Of a DNA stretch of 64,000 nucleotides, positions 47,481 to 57,918 are shown piece after piece. Each line of letters begins with the position of its first letter. The stretch's first letter is position 1. The notes below the pieces were generated by a model. That model did not search any database. It was not told where the DNA came from and was given only the letters and a program-made list of their open reading frames with translations. Source of the DNA: an uncultured Chloroflexia bacterium (GTDB taxonomy: Bacteria; Chloroflexota; Anaerolineae; Anaerolineales; E44-bin32); the NCBI GenBank assembly GCA_963709925.1, contig CAVPYC010000003.1:42061-106060 (forward strand). The letters run 5' to 3'. A program made the translations under genes and the position numbers.

Positions 47481-49040
47481 TCAGGCTCCCTCGGGACCAC
47501 CCCCACCCCCCGGCGGCGGTGGCGGGCCCAGCGGGTGCAGACGGTAAACCGCGTATCGCGCGTCGCGAAACAACTCGGCGAAACCCGGACACGCCAGGCC
47601 CAGTTGCTCCGGGCTGAGGACGACGTGGGTGGCGCCGTACTCGTTGCGAGCCTGCTCGACCACGGCGCAGTCCGACCACTCGGGACGACTCCGATAGAAG
47701 TTGCGAGCCGATTTCAACCGGTCCCACCAGGCGACCACCTCGCGGTCGATGTAGGGGATGGCCTTGGCGTCCACCACCACGGGTGCGCCGGTGCGTAAGC
47801 GGAAATCCTGGAGTTTGGGATCGATGAAGTAGATCTCTCCCTCCACAAGGTTGGCGGCTACGAAGTCCATCATCGGAGCGGCCGGATCGTCCCGCTGATG
47901 TTTCACTTCCAGCACGAAGCGGACCACCCCCGCCGCGGATGCCAGGCCGACGGCGGTTAGGCCGAGGATCACAACGGTGCGCAGCCTGGTGGGCCGCTTC
48001 GCCCATCGTCGGGCGATCAGGGCCGTCAGCGCGCCGAGCAGGCACGCGGTCGAGACCGGCATCAGGACCGCCGAGAGTCTCCAGGGAAAGAGCAGGGCCA
48101 GGGTCGGATTCCCGCTGGCGATCTGGGCCGTGGTCAGCAGCGCCACTCCGAGCGTCCCGCTAAGCAGCACCGGCAACAGCCGGGTGCGGCGGACGAGCCA
48201 CAGGCAAACCACCACGGCGATCGCCTGGGTCACCACAGTCCAATCGAGCCATTTCTCAGGGATGGCGTGGTGCGGGATTCGGCTTCGGATCAGGATGTCG
48301 CTGGCCATCGTGTACAGGTCGGGCCCCGACGGACGAAATGTAAAGGCCACGGGGATGGCCACGGCCGCCAGCAGCGCCCCGCCGACCACGGCCATCGAAA
48401 TGGACCTGCGAGGCCCGATGGCCACGATGTACCCGGCCAGCAGGATCCCGGCGCCCAACAAGTACGTCGGATGGACCGCACATGCGGCGACCAGTGCCAG
48501 CGCTGCGCCGACCCGTCGATCCTCCACAAACAATGCCAGCGACAGGAGCAGCAGCACCCCGAACGAGCTGGGCTGGAGCACAGCGCCAAGAAGGCGCTGG
48601 CCGGCGACCCCTCCCTCGAGCAGGAACTCCGCCTCCGGGGCGACAGCCCGCGCCAGCAGGAATCGGAGAGCGGCGGAATGGAGAACCACCAGGCCCGCCA
48701 GGAGGAGTCGGCGGGCGGGCGCCGTCGTCAGCCCGAAAACCCGACCGACGATCGAAGCCAGGCTGAACAGGTAGACCGTCATCAGGCCGGCGTAGATCAG
48801 ATAACTGATCCACGGCGCGGCGGCCAGCGCCTGTACCAGAAGGGAGAAGACCGGTGTCGGGTCGGCGGTGTTGGCCAACCAGTCGTCGCGCAGGAAGCCC
48901 ACACCGGCCCGGGCCAGCCCGTGCAGGAAGTACTGGTTCTGGTTGGAGGTGTAGAGCGGGGACTGGGCGTAGGCCAGCGCAAAGGCAAGACCCCAACCAA
49001 GGACGCCCAGGTTGCGACGAATTGCTGAGAGGAAAGGCAT
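47481..49040 (-). CDS. Large polytopic membrane protein with a C-terminal soluble domain (possible GT-C-type glycosyltransferase)
   Basis: The 519-aa protein has at least 10 hydrophobic segments and a hydrophilic tail of about 150 aa (FIDPKLQDFRLRTGAPVVVDAKAIPY...). I saw no diagnostic motif, so the fold assignment is tentative. Confidence 0.45.
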   Translation of the reverse strand: MPFLSAIRRNLGVLGWGLAFALAYAQSPLYTSNQNQYFLHGLARAGVGFLRDDWLANTADPTPVFSLLVQALAAAPWISYLIYAGLMTVYLFSLASIVGRVFGLTTAPARRLLLAGLVVLHSAALRFLLARAVAPEAEFLLEGGVAGQRLLGAVLQPSSFGVLLLLSLALFVEDRRVGAALALVAACAVHPTYLLGAGILLAGYIVAIGPRRSISMAVVGGALLAAVAIPVAFTFRPSGPDLYTMASDILIRSRIPHHAIPEKWLDWTVVTQAIAVVVCLWLVRRTRLLPVLLSGTLGVALLTTAQIASGNPTLALLFPWRLSAVLMPVSTACLLGALTALIARRWAKRPTRLRTVVILGLTAVGLASAAGVVRFVLEVKHQRDDPAAPMMDFVAANLVEGEIYFIDPKLQDFRLRTGAPVVVDAKAIPYIDREVVAWWDRLKSARNFYRSRPEWSDCAVVEQARNEYGATHVVLSPEQLGLACPGFAELFRDARYAVYRLHPLGPPPPPGGGGGPEGA

Positions 49041-49116
49041 GCGGCCCGAGTCTCGCGAGAACTCGGGCCGTTATACCATCGCCGGAGGAACGCCGCCCAG
49101 TCGCGCCGAGAGCACG

Positions 49117-49722
49117 CTACGCGGCGGGTTTCCGGCGATGGAAAGCTCGGGCGCTCAGAAGACCGGCCGCCGCGCTCACGATCAGCGCCGCCGCCCCGTA
49201 TCCAGATACCAGCGGGAGCGCCGCGAGAGCCTGCCGGAATCCGCCGGCCCCGGATCCAGCGGCCGCCTCGACCTCCGTCGGATGGTAGTCGCCGCCGACC
49301 GCCGCCGCCAGCAGACCCTCGATGGCCTGGGTCCCTATGCGGGTCGCCCGAAACCACTTGCCGTCGTACTCGCTCCAGCCGTTGATGATCCCGACGTAGT
49401 AAACGTAGCCGCGATCGCCCGGGGGTCCGGGGGCGTACAGCACCTGGTCGAACGGCACCATTCGGTCGCCGTCCTGGTAGGAGCGGGTGAGCAGGTAGAC
49501 GCGGGCCAACGCCCCGGGATCGGGCACGGAGGAGAAGAAGTCCTCCAGCGAGGCCATGCCCAGGGCCTCCAGCTCGCCCGGCTCGGTGATCTCGAGAGGA
49601 TCGGCCAGCCCCGGCCCGTCGATTCGGACGTGCTGCGGCGGGCCCTTGGCCAGCGCCGTCTGCACGGCGACTCCCACCAGCAACAGCCCCACCGGCACAG
49701 CCCACAAGATTCGTGATCGCAT
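49117..49722 (-). CDS. Secreted protein of unknown function with a C-terminal TM anchor
   Basis: The signal peptide is MRSRILWAVPVGLLLVGVAVQTALA. The C-terminal anchor is LPLVSGYGAAALIVSAAAGLL followed by RAFHRRK. An AAGGTGAGGG Shine-Dalgarno sequence is present. Confidence 0.5.
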   Translation of the reverse strand: MRSRILWAVPVGLLLVGVAVQTALAKGPPQHVRIDGPGLADPLEITEPGELEALGMASLEDFFSSVPDPGALARVYLLTRSYQDGDRMVPFDQVLYAPGPPGDRGYVYYVGIINGWSEYDGKWFRATRIGTQAIEGLLAAAVGGDYHPTEVEAAAGSGAGGFRQALAALPLVSGYGAAALIVSAAAGLLSARAFHRRKPAA

Positions 49723-49860
49723 GCCCTCACCTTTCTTCTGATCCTACCCCGGCCGGCCGGTGGGCGTTCCATGTCGGCGGCTTTCGCCAGGCGCGGCCGG
49801 ATTCAGACCTTTTCGCCTCTCGAGAGAAAACCTCCTCAGGGGACGAGTTCGAGGCCGCCA

Positions 49861-49866
49861 TATAAT
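49861..49866 (+). promoter_or_regulatory. TATAAT box 7 nt upstream of the helicase ATG (leaderless-type)
   Basis: The sequence reads ccaTATAATcctcctcATG (ATG at 49874). No Shine-Dalgarno sequence is present. Confidence 0.5.
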
Positions 49867-49873
49867 CCTCCTC

Positions 49874-52442
49874 ATGTCCGTTGAGAGCGTTCTCGAGTCG
49901 CTGCGGATGGATCCCGGCTTTATGCGCCAGGTAGCTGCCTGGGAGCGGCTGCCGGCGCGGCCGGCCCACTACGCCGAGGTGCCGGCCGACATCGATCGGA
50001 GGTTGGTGGACGGCCTGCGGCGACGCGACCTGCTTCCCCTCTACACCCACCAGGCCGCCACGGTCGAGGCGGCGCTGGCCGGGGAGAATGTTGTGGTCGT
50101 CACCGGCACGGCCTCCGGCAAGACCCTGTGCTACAACCTTCCGGTCCTGCATAGCCTGCTCAACGATCCGGAAGCCAGGGCCCTGTACCTGTTCCCGACC
50201 AAAGCGCTGGCGCAGGACCAGGCGGCCGAGTTGGCGATGTTCCTCCAGGCCCTGGAGGCGGAAGACTCGCTGGCGGTTCGGCTGTACGACGGCGACACCC
50301 CGCCCGGGCGCCGGGCGGCGGTGCGCCGGGAAGCGCGCCTGCTGATCACCAACCCCGACATGCTGCACGCCGGGATCCTGCCGCACCACCCGCGTTGGGC
50401 GGCCTTGTTCGAAGGCCTGCGCTGGGTGGTGATCGACGAACTCCACGTCTATCGCGGCATTTTCGGATCGAACGTGGCCAACGTGCTGCGCCGCCTGCGC
50501 CGGCTGTGCCGCTTCTACGGAGCCGATCCGCGTTTCCTGCTGACTTCGGCCACCATCGCCAACCCCAAGGAGCACGCCGAGCGTCTGGTGGAGGCGCCGG
50601 TGCGACTGATCCCGACCGATCTGGATGGATCGCCGCGGGCCGAGAAGCACGTGCTGATCTACAACCCCCCGGTGATCGACCCGACCCTGGGCATCCGACG
50701 GGCCTACACCCTCGAGACCACACGCCTGGCCGAGCGCTTCCTGGCCGGCGGGGTGCAGACCGTGGTTTTTGCCAGAGCCCGACAGACCACCGAAGTGATC
50801 CTGGGCTACCTGCGCGACGCGGTCGGCCAGGCCGGGGGGAAGGCCGAGACGGTGCGCGGCTACCGCGGCGGCTACCTGCCGCTGGAGCGACGATCGATCG
50901 AATCCGGCCTGCGCGATGGAACGGTGCGCGGGGTGGTGGCGACCACGGCGCTCGAACTGGGAGTCGACATCGGGCAGATGGGCGCCGCCCTGATCGCCGG
51001 TTACCCCGGGACAATCGCCGGGCTGTGGCAGCAGGCCGGCCGCGCCGGCCGCCGCAGTGACGCCTCGGCGGCGTTGGTGATCGCCTCGGGTGCGCCGCTC
51101 GACCAGTTCATCGCCCTGCACCCGGCGTTCCTGTTCGACAGCCCCGCCGAACAGGCCCTGATCAACCCTGACAACCTGGCCATCGTCGCCGGTCACCTGC
51201 GTTGCGCCGCATTCGAGCTTCCTTTCGAACAAGGAGACGCCTTCGGCGCCTACCCCGAAACCTCCGGGCTGCTGCAGGTGATGGCCGAGGACGGAGATCT
51301 ACATCTTTCGGGGGGCGCCTATCGTTGGGTGGCCGACGAATACCCGGCCGAGGGGGTCTCGCTGCGCTCGACCGGCGAACCGCCGGTGGTGATTCAGCAG
51401 ATCGGCGGCGATCGGCCGCTGGTGATCGGAGAAGTCGACCGGCACACCGCGCCGGTGGTGGTGCACGAAGGCGCGGTCTACATTCATGAAGGCCGGACGT
51501 TCCTGGTGAGCCGTCTGGACTGGGAAAACGCGCTGGCCGAGGTGGTGCCGGAGGAGGTCGACTACTACACCGACGCCTCCGAGTCGGTCGACCTGGAGGT
51601 GTTGGATGTGTTCGACGCCGACGAGCGAGCCGAGCTGCGCCGGGCGCACGGGCGGGTGCGGCTGACCTCCCAGCCGACCTCGTTCCGCAAGATCAAGCGC
51701 TACACCCACGAGACCCTGGGTTACGGCGCCATCGACCTGCCGCCGCGCCAGATGGAAACCACCGGCTGCTGGCTGTGGATCTCCCCGGCCACGGTCGAGC
51801 GTTTGGAGGCCGAAGGCGTGCTGCTGGCGCCCAACGACTACGGGCCGTCGTGGCCCGACGCCAGCCGCGCCGCCCGCACGCGCGAACTCCCATCGCTGCC
51901 GACAGTGCAGCGCTCCGGAACGGGAGGGCCGGGCACACGACGTGCACCACCTGCGGCCATTCCGCGAATTCGGCTATCAGCCCGGGGAGAACCGCAACGA
52001 TCGCCAGGCCAACGAGTTGGACAACTTGATCACCCTGTGTTCGGCCTGCCACCACCGGGCCGAGGCGGCTCGCGGCGCCCGCTCGGCCCTGGGAGGCCTG
52101 GCGCACGCCCTGGGCAGCCTGGCGCCGCTGTACCTGATGTGTGATCCGCGCGACGTCGGTGTCCTGGCGGAAACGCGCGGTCGAGGGACCCGCTCGCCGA
52201 CGATCACCCTGTACGACCGGGTGGCCGAGGGCCTGGGGCTGGCCGAGCGCCTGTACGAACTGGCCCCGGTTCTGTTGCGCGGCGCCCAGGAGCTGATCCA
52301 GGGCTGCGAGTGCCTGGACGGGTGCCCGGCCTGCGTCGGCCCGGTAGGGCCGGGCGGAGGCGAAGTCAAAGAGCTGACCCTGCGGTTGATCGAAACCCTG
52401 GGTTTGGCCGACAACTCACAGCAGGGAGAGATCGATGCCTGA
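49874..52442 (+). CDS. DEAD/DEAH-box helicase of the MrfA/YprA type with an HNH nuclease motif and a C-terminal Cys-rich (DUF1998/MZB-like) domain; frame break(s) near 51850-51890
   Basis: Motif I is TGTASGKT and motif II is VIDELH. QQAGRAGRR is present. The HNH part reads HRCRQC...HHLRPF...NLITLCSACHH. The tail reads GCECLDGCPACVGP (ORF 51942..52442). Confidence 0.8.
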
Positions 52443-54171
52443 ATTCCAATTCCCGAGACTTGGTCCTGCATGGCTGCTCGTCCTTCTCGTCGGTTCCTGC
52501 GGACCAGCGCCGGCCTCGCCGCCGCCGTCTCCAACTCCGCAAGCCATGGTCGAGACAAGTTCGCCAGCCGCAGCCGATCCGACAGCGCCTGCCGCCTGGA
52601 CGATGCCCGCCCACCGGATCGGGACCAGGATGGTGGACGGGATCGGTGAGTTCTACGACACAACCTCGGGCGAGCTCTTTGTGGTGCGCGGCGCCAACTA
52701 TGCCTTCGTCCCGCTGGGGGAGGGCCGCTACACCAACTTGCTGTTCAAGGTGGGAATCTACAACGGCGAACAAACGCGGCGGGACTTCCGCCGGATCTCG
52801 GAACTGGGGTACAACACGGTGCGGGTCTTCCTCGACCATTGCGCCGTGGGCGAAGGCTGCATCGGCGACGGCGACAACGTCGGGCTGAACCCGGCCTACC
52901 TCGACAACATCGCCGACATGATGGCCGCCGCCCGTGAGACGGGGCTGGTGATCCAATTCACCTCGAACGATCTGCCCGACCAGGGCGGCTATTCCGAAGA
53001 GGCCAATGCCCAGGCCGGCTCGATCTTCGCCGGCTACCGCAACTCTTATTACCTGACCCCGGGCGCCGTGCGCGCCACCCGGCGCTACTGGCGCGACCTG
53101 CTGAGCGGTCTGATCAAACGCCAGGCAGACTTCGATGCCGTGCTGGCCTGGCAGCTTCTCAACGAGCAGTGGATGTTCGCCGACCAGCCCCCGCTCTCCC
53201 TGACCTCCGGACAGGTGACGACCACCACCGGGACGTACGACATGGCCGATCCGGCCGCCCGACGGACCATGATCGACGATGGGCTGATCTATTACATCGC
53301 CCAGATGAAGGAAGAGATTCTGGCCAGCGACCCGACGGCCCTGGTGACGATGGGCTTCTTTGCCCCCGAGATCGCCGCGCCCGGCTGGACCGTCCATACC
53401 GATCGGCTGTTGACCGAGTCCGACCTCGACTACTTCGATTTCCACGCCTACCCCGGTGGACCTCCGTTGAGCGAGTACCCGGAGCATTTCGGGATGGTCG
53501 GCTATCGGGCCAAGCCGATCGTGCTCGGAGAATACGGCGCCTTCCGACATCATTACGGGGCCATCACCGCCGCTGCCCGCGCCGTGGCGAACTGGGTGGC
53601 GGAATCGTGCAGCCTGGGGTTTGACGGGTGGTTGTATTGGACTTACTGGCCGGCCAACCCGGAGATCGACGACCGGACCTGGGGCCTGACCGATGAAGAT
53701 GGTTTCCTCCTCGACCTGTTCGCTCCGGTGAACCAGCCCGATCCGTGCGTCCCGGCCGAAGTCCCGGGCGGCAACCTCGCCTATGGAAAACCTGTACGGG
53801 CTTCGGCCTGGCTGCCAGCGGAGCCGCCGGAGGGCGCCGTCGATGAGAGCGCCGGCACTCAATGGGGCGCGGGCGCCGGTGCACCGCAGTGGATCGAAGT
53901 CGACCTGGGCGGCGCCTACCAGATCACCGAGGTCCGACTGTTGGTGGCACAGTGGCCCGCCGGCGCGACGACCCATCGTCTGAGCGTCCGCACCGCCGCC
54001 GGGTTGACACCGGTCCATGAGTTTTCAGGGGAGACGCAACAGGGCGACTGGCTGGTCTTCACATCGGAGCCCCCACTGGAAGGCGTGCAGGCGGTGCGTG
54101 TGCAAACCGTCGGCAGTCCGTCGTGGGTGGCCTGGAGTGAAGTGCAGGTCTATGGTGAGGCGATGCCGTAG
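52435..54171 (+). CDS. GH5-family glycoside hydrolase lipoprotein with a C-terminal F5/8 type C (discoidin) domain
   Basis: The lipobox is LVGSC. YNTVRVFLDH, LLNEQWMF and LGEYGA are present. The discoidin part reads GTQWGAGAGAPQWIEVDLG...PSWVAWSEVQVYG. The ORF is intact at 578 aa. Confidence 0.8.
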   Translation: MPEFQFPRLGPAWLLVLLVGSCGPAPASPPPSPTPQAMVETSSPAAADPTAPAAWTMPAHRIGTRMVDGIGEFYDTTSGELFVVRGANYAFVPLGEGRYTNLLFKVGIYNGEQTRRDFRRISELGYNTVRVFLDHCAVGEGCIGDGDNVGLNPAYLDNIADMMAAARETGLVIQFTSNDLPDQGGYSEEANAQAGSIFAGYRNSYYLTPGAVRATRRYWRDLLSGLIKRQADFDAVLAWQLLNEQWMFADQPPLSLTSGQVTTTTGTYDMADPAARRTMIDDGLIYYIAQMKEEILASDPTALVTMGFFAPEIAAPGWTVHTDRLLTESDLDYFDFHAYPGGPPLSEYPEHFGMVGYRAKPIVLGEYGAFRHHYGAITAAARAVANWVAESCSLGFDGWLYWTYWPANPEIDDRTWGLTDEDGFLLDLFAPVNQPDPCVPAEVPGGNLAYGKPVRASAWLPAEPPEGAVDESAGTQWGAGAGAPQWIEVDLGGAYQITEVRLLVAQWPAGATTHRLSVRTAAGLTPVHEFSGETQQGDWLVFTSEPPLEGVQAVRVQTVGSPSWVAWSEVQVYGEAMP

Positions 54172-54248
54172 TCATGAGTGCGCTCAGCTCACGCCTGAGC
54201 CGTGCGCACCTCTCGCAAGTGGCAGAATCCCCGGATGGAGTCGGTGGC

Positions 54249-54254
54249 TATAAT
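54249..54254 (+). promoter_or_regulatory. TATAAT box 8 nt upstream of the GTG start of the kinase gene (leaderless-type)
   Basis: The sequence reads gtggcTATAATccccacagGTG (GTG at 54263). No Shine-Dalgarno sequence is present. Confidence 0.45.
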
Positions 54255-54262
54255 CCCCACAG

Positions 54263-57200
54263 GTGAGGCAAGGTCGGGCCCCTTCGGGCCGGCCGTTGCA
54301 GGCGGTGGTCTCCGGGGTGGAATCGCTGGGAAACCGATATCGGCTCGGGGAAGAAATCGGCCGGGGCGGCATGGGCATGGTCCGCCGGGCGCACGACACG
54401 CTGCTCGACCGGCCGGTGGCGATCAAGACGGTCTCGGGTCAGACTCTCGGGGAGGAGGGCCGCCGCCGCCTGCTGGAAGAAGCCCGGGCGGCCGCCCGGC
54501 TGAATCATCCGAACATCGTTTCCCTGTATGACGCCGGGGAATCGGACGGCGACGCGTACCTCATCATGGAACTGGTCGAGGGGCGCTCTCTTCACGAAAG
54601 CCCTCCCGAATCCCTCGAAGGCCTCATTGCCATTACTCGCAAGGTATGTCTGGCCCTGGACCACGCCCACTCCCATGGAATCGTGCATCGCGACCTGAAA
54701 CCCGAAAACATCCTGCTGGGTGGCGACGGGCGCGTCAAACTGCTCGACTTCGGCCTGGCACGACCGATCGCCACGCGGCTGTCGGCCGACGGGGGAATCT
54801 CCGGCACGGTCTTCTACCTGGCTCCCGAACAGGCAATGGGTAAAGCGCCCAGAGCGCAGGCCGACCTGTACTCGCTGGGAGTGATCCTGTACGAGCTGTC
54901 GACCGGCCGACTGCCGTTCACCGCCGACGATCCCCTGGCGGTGGTCACCCAGCATCTGTATGCTCCGGTGGTTCCGCCGCGGACCCTCCGGCCAGATTTG
55001 CCTCCCGCGCTGGAGAGGTTGATTCTGAGGCTCCTGGCCAAGGACCCGGGAGGACGACCGGCACAGGCGCTGGAAGTGGAACGGGCACTGGCCGAGATCG
55101 AATCGGTTTCTGCGCGCGGCGACACCGACACGGCCGACTCTTTGCCGATCGGGCAACTGGCTCGAGGTCGGCTGATCGGACGGACCGCCGAGCTCGGGCG
55201 GTTGCGGCAACTGTGGTCGGAAGCTCTGGCCGGGCGGGGAGTCCTGGCGTTGATCTCCGGCGAGCCGGGGGTGGGAAAGACCCGGCTGGCGCGCGAACTG
55301 GTCGCCACCGCCCGGCTGGCCGGGGCTTCGGTTCTCAGCGGCGGCTGCTTCGAATATGAGGCCACCACACCCTACCTTCCCTTCGTCGAAGCGCTGCGAG
55401 AGTGGGTCCGGGAGACTTCGGACGAGCGGCTGCAGCAAGTGGTCGAGACCGGCGCCCCGGAGGTGATTCGGATGGCGCCCGAGGTCGAAGACCGCCTCGG
55501 GCCCCCGGAAGCCCGGCCGCCGCTGTCGCCCGGTGAGGAGCGGCTGCGCCTGTTCGACAGCCTGGCGCGCGTCCTGCAGCGGATGGCGTCGCCGCACGGA
55601 CTGCTGGTGTTTCTCGACGATCTACACTGGGCCGACAGCGGATCGCTCCAGCTGCTGCACTATTTGCTGCGGCACCTGCAGCGTGACCGGGTTCTGTTTC
55701 TGGCGGCCTACCGGGAGACCGAGCTCGATCGGACCCATCCGCTGGCCGAAGCGATCGTGGAATGGAACCGAAGCCGCCGGGCGGTTCGCCTCGCCCTGGG
55801 TCGACTTTCGTCCGACGAGACCGCCACCTTGCTGGCGTCGTTGTTCCAGGCCGAGACCGTGTCGCCCGAGTTCGCCGAAGCGATCCAGCGCGAGACCGAG
55901 GGCAACCCGTTCTTCATCGAGGAGGTCGTCAACGCGCTGATCGAAGGCGGCATGGTCTACCGGGAAGAAGGGCGCTGGGAGCGGAAGGCGATCGAAGAAC
56001 TGGCCATCCCCCAGAGCGTCAAGGAAGCGGTCGGCCGACGCCTCAACCGCCTCGATTCTGCAACTCTGGATGTGCTGCACGCCGCGGCCGTGATCGGCAA
56101 GTCGTTTTCGTACGGCCTGTTGTCCGCCAGCCTGAACGGCAACGCCGACGACCTGTTGCCGGCCCTCGATCAGGCCGCCGCCGCACAGCTGGTGGCCCCG
56201 GCCGAAGGCGAGGCCTACGCCTTTACTCACGACAAGATCCGGGAAACCCTGTATGAGGAGATCAATCCGATACGGCGGCGCCGGCTGCACCAACAGGTCG
56301 CCGAAGCCCTGGAGCGTTCGCCCGGCAGCGCCGCACGACGGCGGGCCCAGGACCTGGCCTATCACTTCACCGCCGCCGGGGATTCCGAGCGCGGGCTGGA
56401 GCACTCGCTGCAGGCCGCCGAGCAGGCCCGGGCGCTGTACGCGTGGGACGAAGCCATCGGCTTCCTGGCCACCGCCCGGGAATGCGCCCTGGCTCTGGAG
56501 CGCCCCGACGAGGTCGCCCGGCTGGACGCCCTGACCGCGGCGACCTACGGCGACCAGGGGCAGTTCCGCGAGGCGATCGCCGCCTACCAGCGCGCCATCG
56601 ATGCGACCTCGGATTCGATTCAGGCGCTCCGCTTGAGAATCCGCCTGGCTGACATGTTCACCATGATCGGTGACGACCAGGCACTGGGCATTCTGAAGGA
56701 AGTGATCGGCGCGCTCGACCCGCAGGACCAACGCCTGGAACTGGCCACCGCCCGAGCTCAGCTGGCCCGGCACCACCACTACGCCGCCGAGTTCGGCCGG
56801 ACCATCGAACTCCTCGACCAGGCTCGACCGGTCCTGGAGGAAGCCGGCGATCTCCCGGCCCTGACACGGACCCTGGCCCACTACGCCGGCGCCTACCAGC
56901 ACCTGGCTCGCTTCGACGAAAGCGAGGCCTGGGCGCAGCGTCTGATCCGACTCGGAGAGGATGGCGGGTTCACCTTCGCCGCGGCGGCGGGGCACGAGTA
57001 CCTGGCGGAGAACGCCAACCTTCGAGGGAAGTTCATGCAGGCCGCCGACGAAGCGCGCCAGGACCGGCTCCTGGGCGAGCGGATCGGATCGCTCGACAGG
57101 GTCGGGTGGAGCGGGTTCTCCCTGGCCTGGGCGCTGTCCGGACTGGGGGATCTGGCCGCTGCGGAGCAGATGGCGCGCGAGAGCCTGGAGATCGCCGACC

Positions 57201-57849
57201 GGATCGGCGACAGGCGTCTGATCGTCTGGCTGGCCGGCCTGCAGGTGACGATCCTGGCCGACCTCGGGCGCTTCGATGACGCCCGGGCACAGCTGGAGGG
57301 GATCATCGAGCGGGCCGATGGGCTTCGCCAGGTGATCCTCCAGACCCACGCCCGCTACGCCTCCGGCTACCTGGCCCTGCAGCAGGGGGATGCCGAGTCC
57401 GCCTACCGGGACCTTCTGGAAGCGGAGCGGATCGCCGGGGCGACGGAGAGCCGGAGCGCCCTATTTCTGGCGGGGAGCCTGCTGGCGGAGGCCTGTCTCG
57501 CTGTCGGGAAACTGGGCGAGGCCGAAGACGCGGCGCCGCCTCCCATCTCGAAATGGTCCACAACGCGGGCGGCCTGCGGGAGGAAGTGCGCGCTCTGCGT
57601 GTGCTGGGCGGAGTTGCGCTGGCCCGGGGCGACCTGTCGACGGCTCTCGAGCAGGCCGAACAGGCGGTTGCCCTGCACCGGAACTCGTGCAGACCCGATC
57701 GAGCTCGGCAGGACTCTGGTGCTGCGTGCCGCCATCCGGCGGACCCTGGGTGAAGCGAGGCCGCCCGGGTTGACCTGACCGAGGCCCGGCGCCTGTTCGA
57801 GCAGTCAGGGGCCGTGCCCGACCTCGAGCGGGCGGAGCGATCCGGCTAG
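54263..57849 (+). CDS. Ser/Thr protein kinase fused to an AAA/P-loop NTPase and a long TPR/helical-repeat region (PknK/MalT-like architecture); three frame breaks in the last ~320 nt
   Basis: The kinase part carries GRGGMGMV, AIK, HRDLKPENILL and DFGLA. The P-loop is GEPGVGKTRLAREL. The tail can be reconstructed through ORF 57553..57753 to ...DLTEARRLFEQSGAVPDLERAERSG, ending at the stop 57847..57849. Confidence 0.85.
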
Positions 57850-57918
57850 CCGCCGACAGGGCATTGCCACGATCTCAGACTTCGATGTCTTCGCACAAGC
57901 GCAGCAGATGACCTTGCC

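Noticed and set aside
52366-57349. Long reverse ORFs at 52366..54018, 54248..55597 and 55622..57349.
   Set aside because: They are antisense shadows of the intact GH5 and kinase genes.
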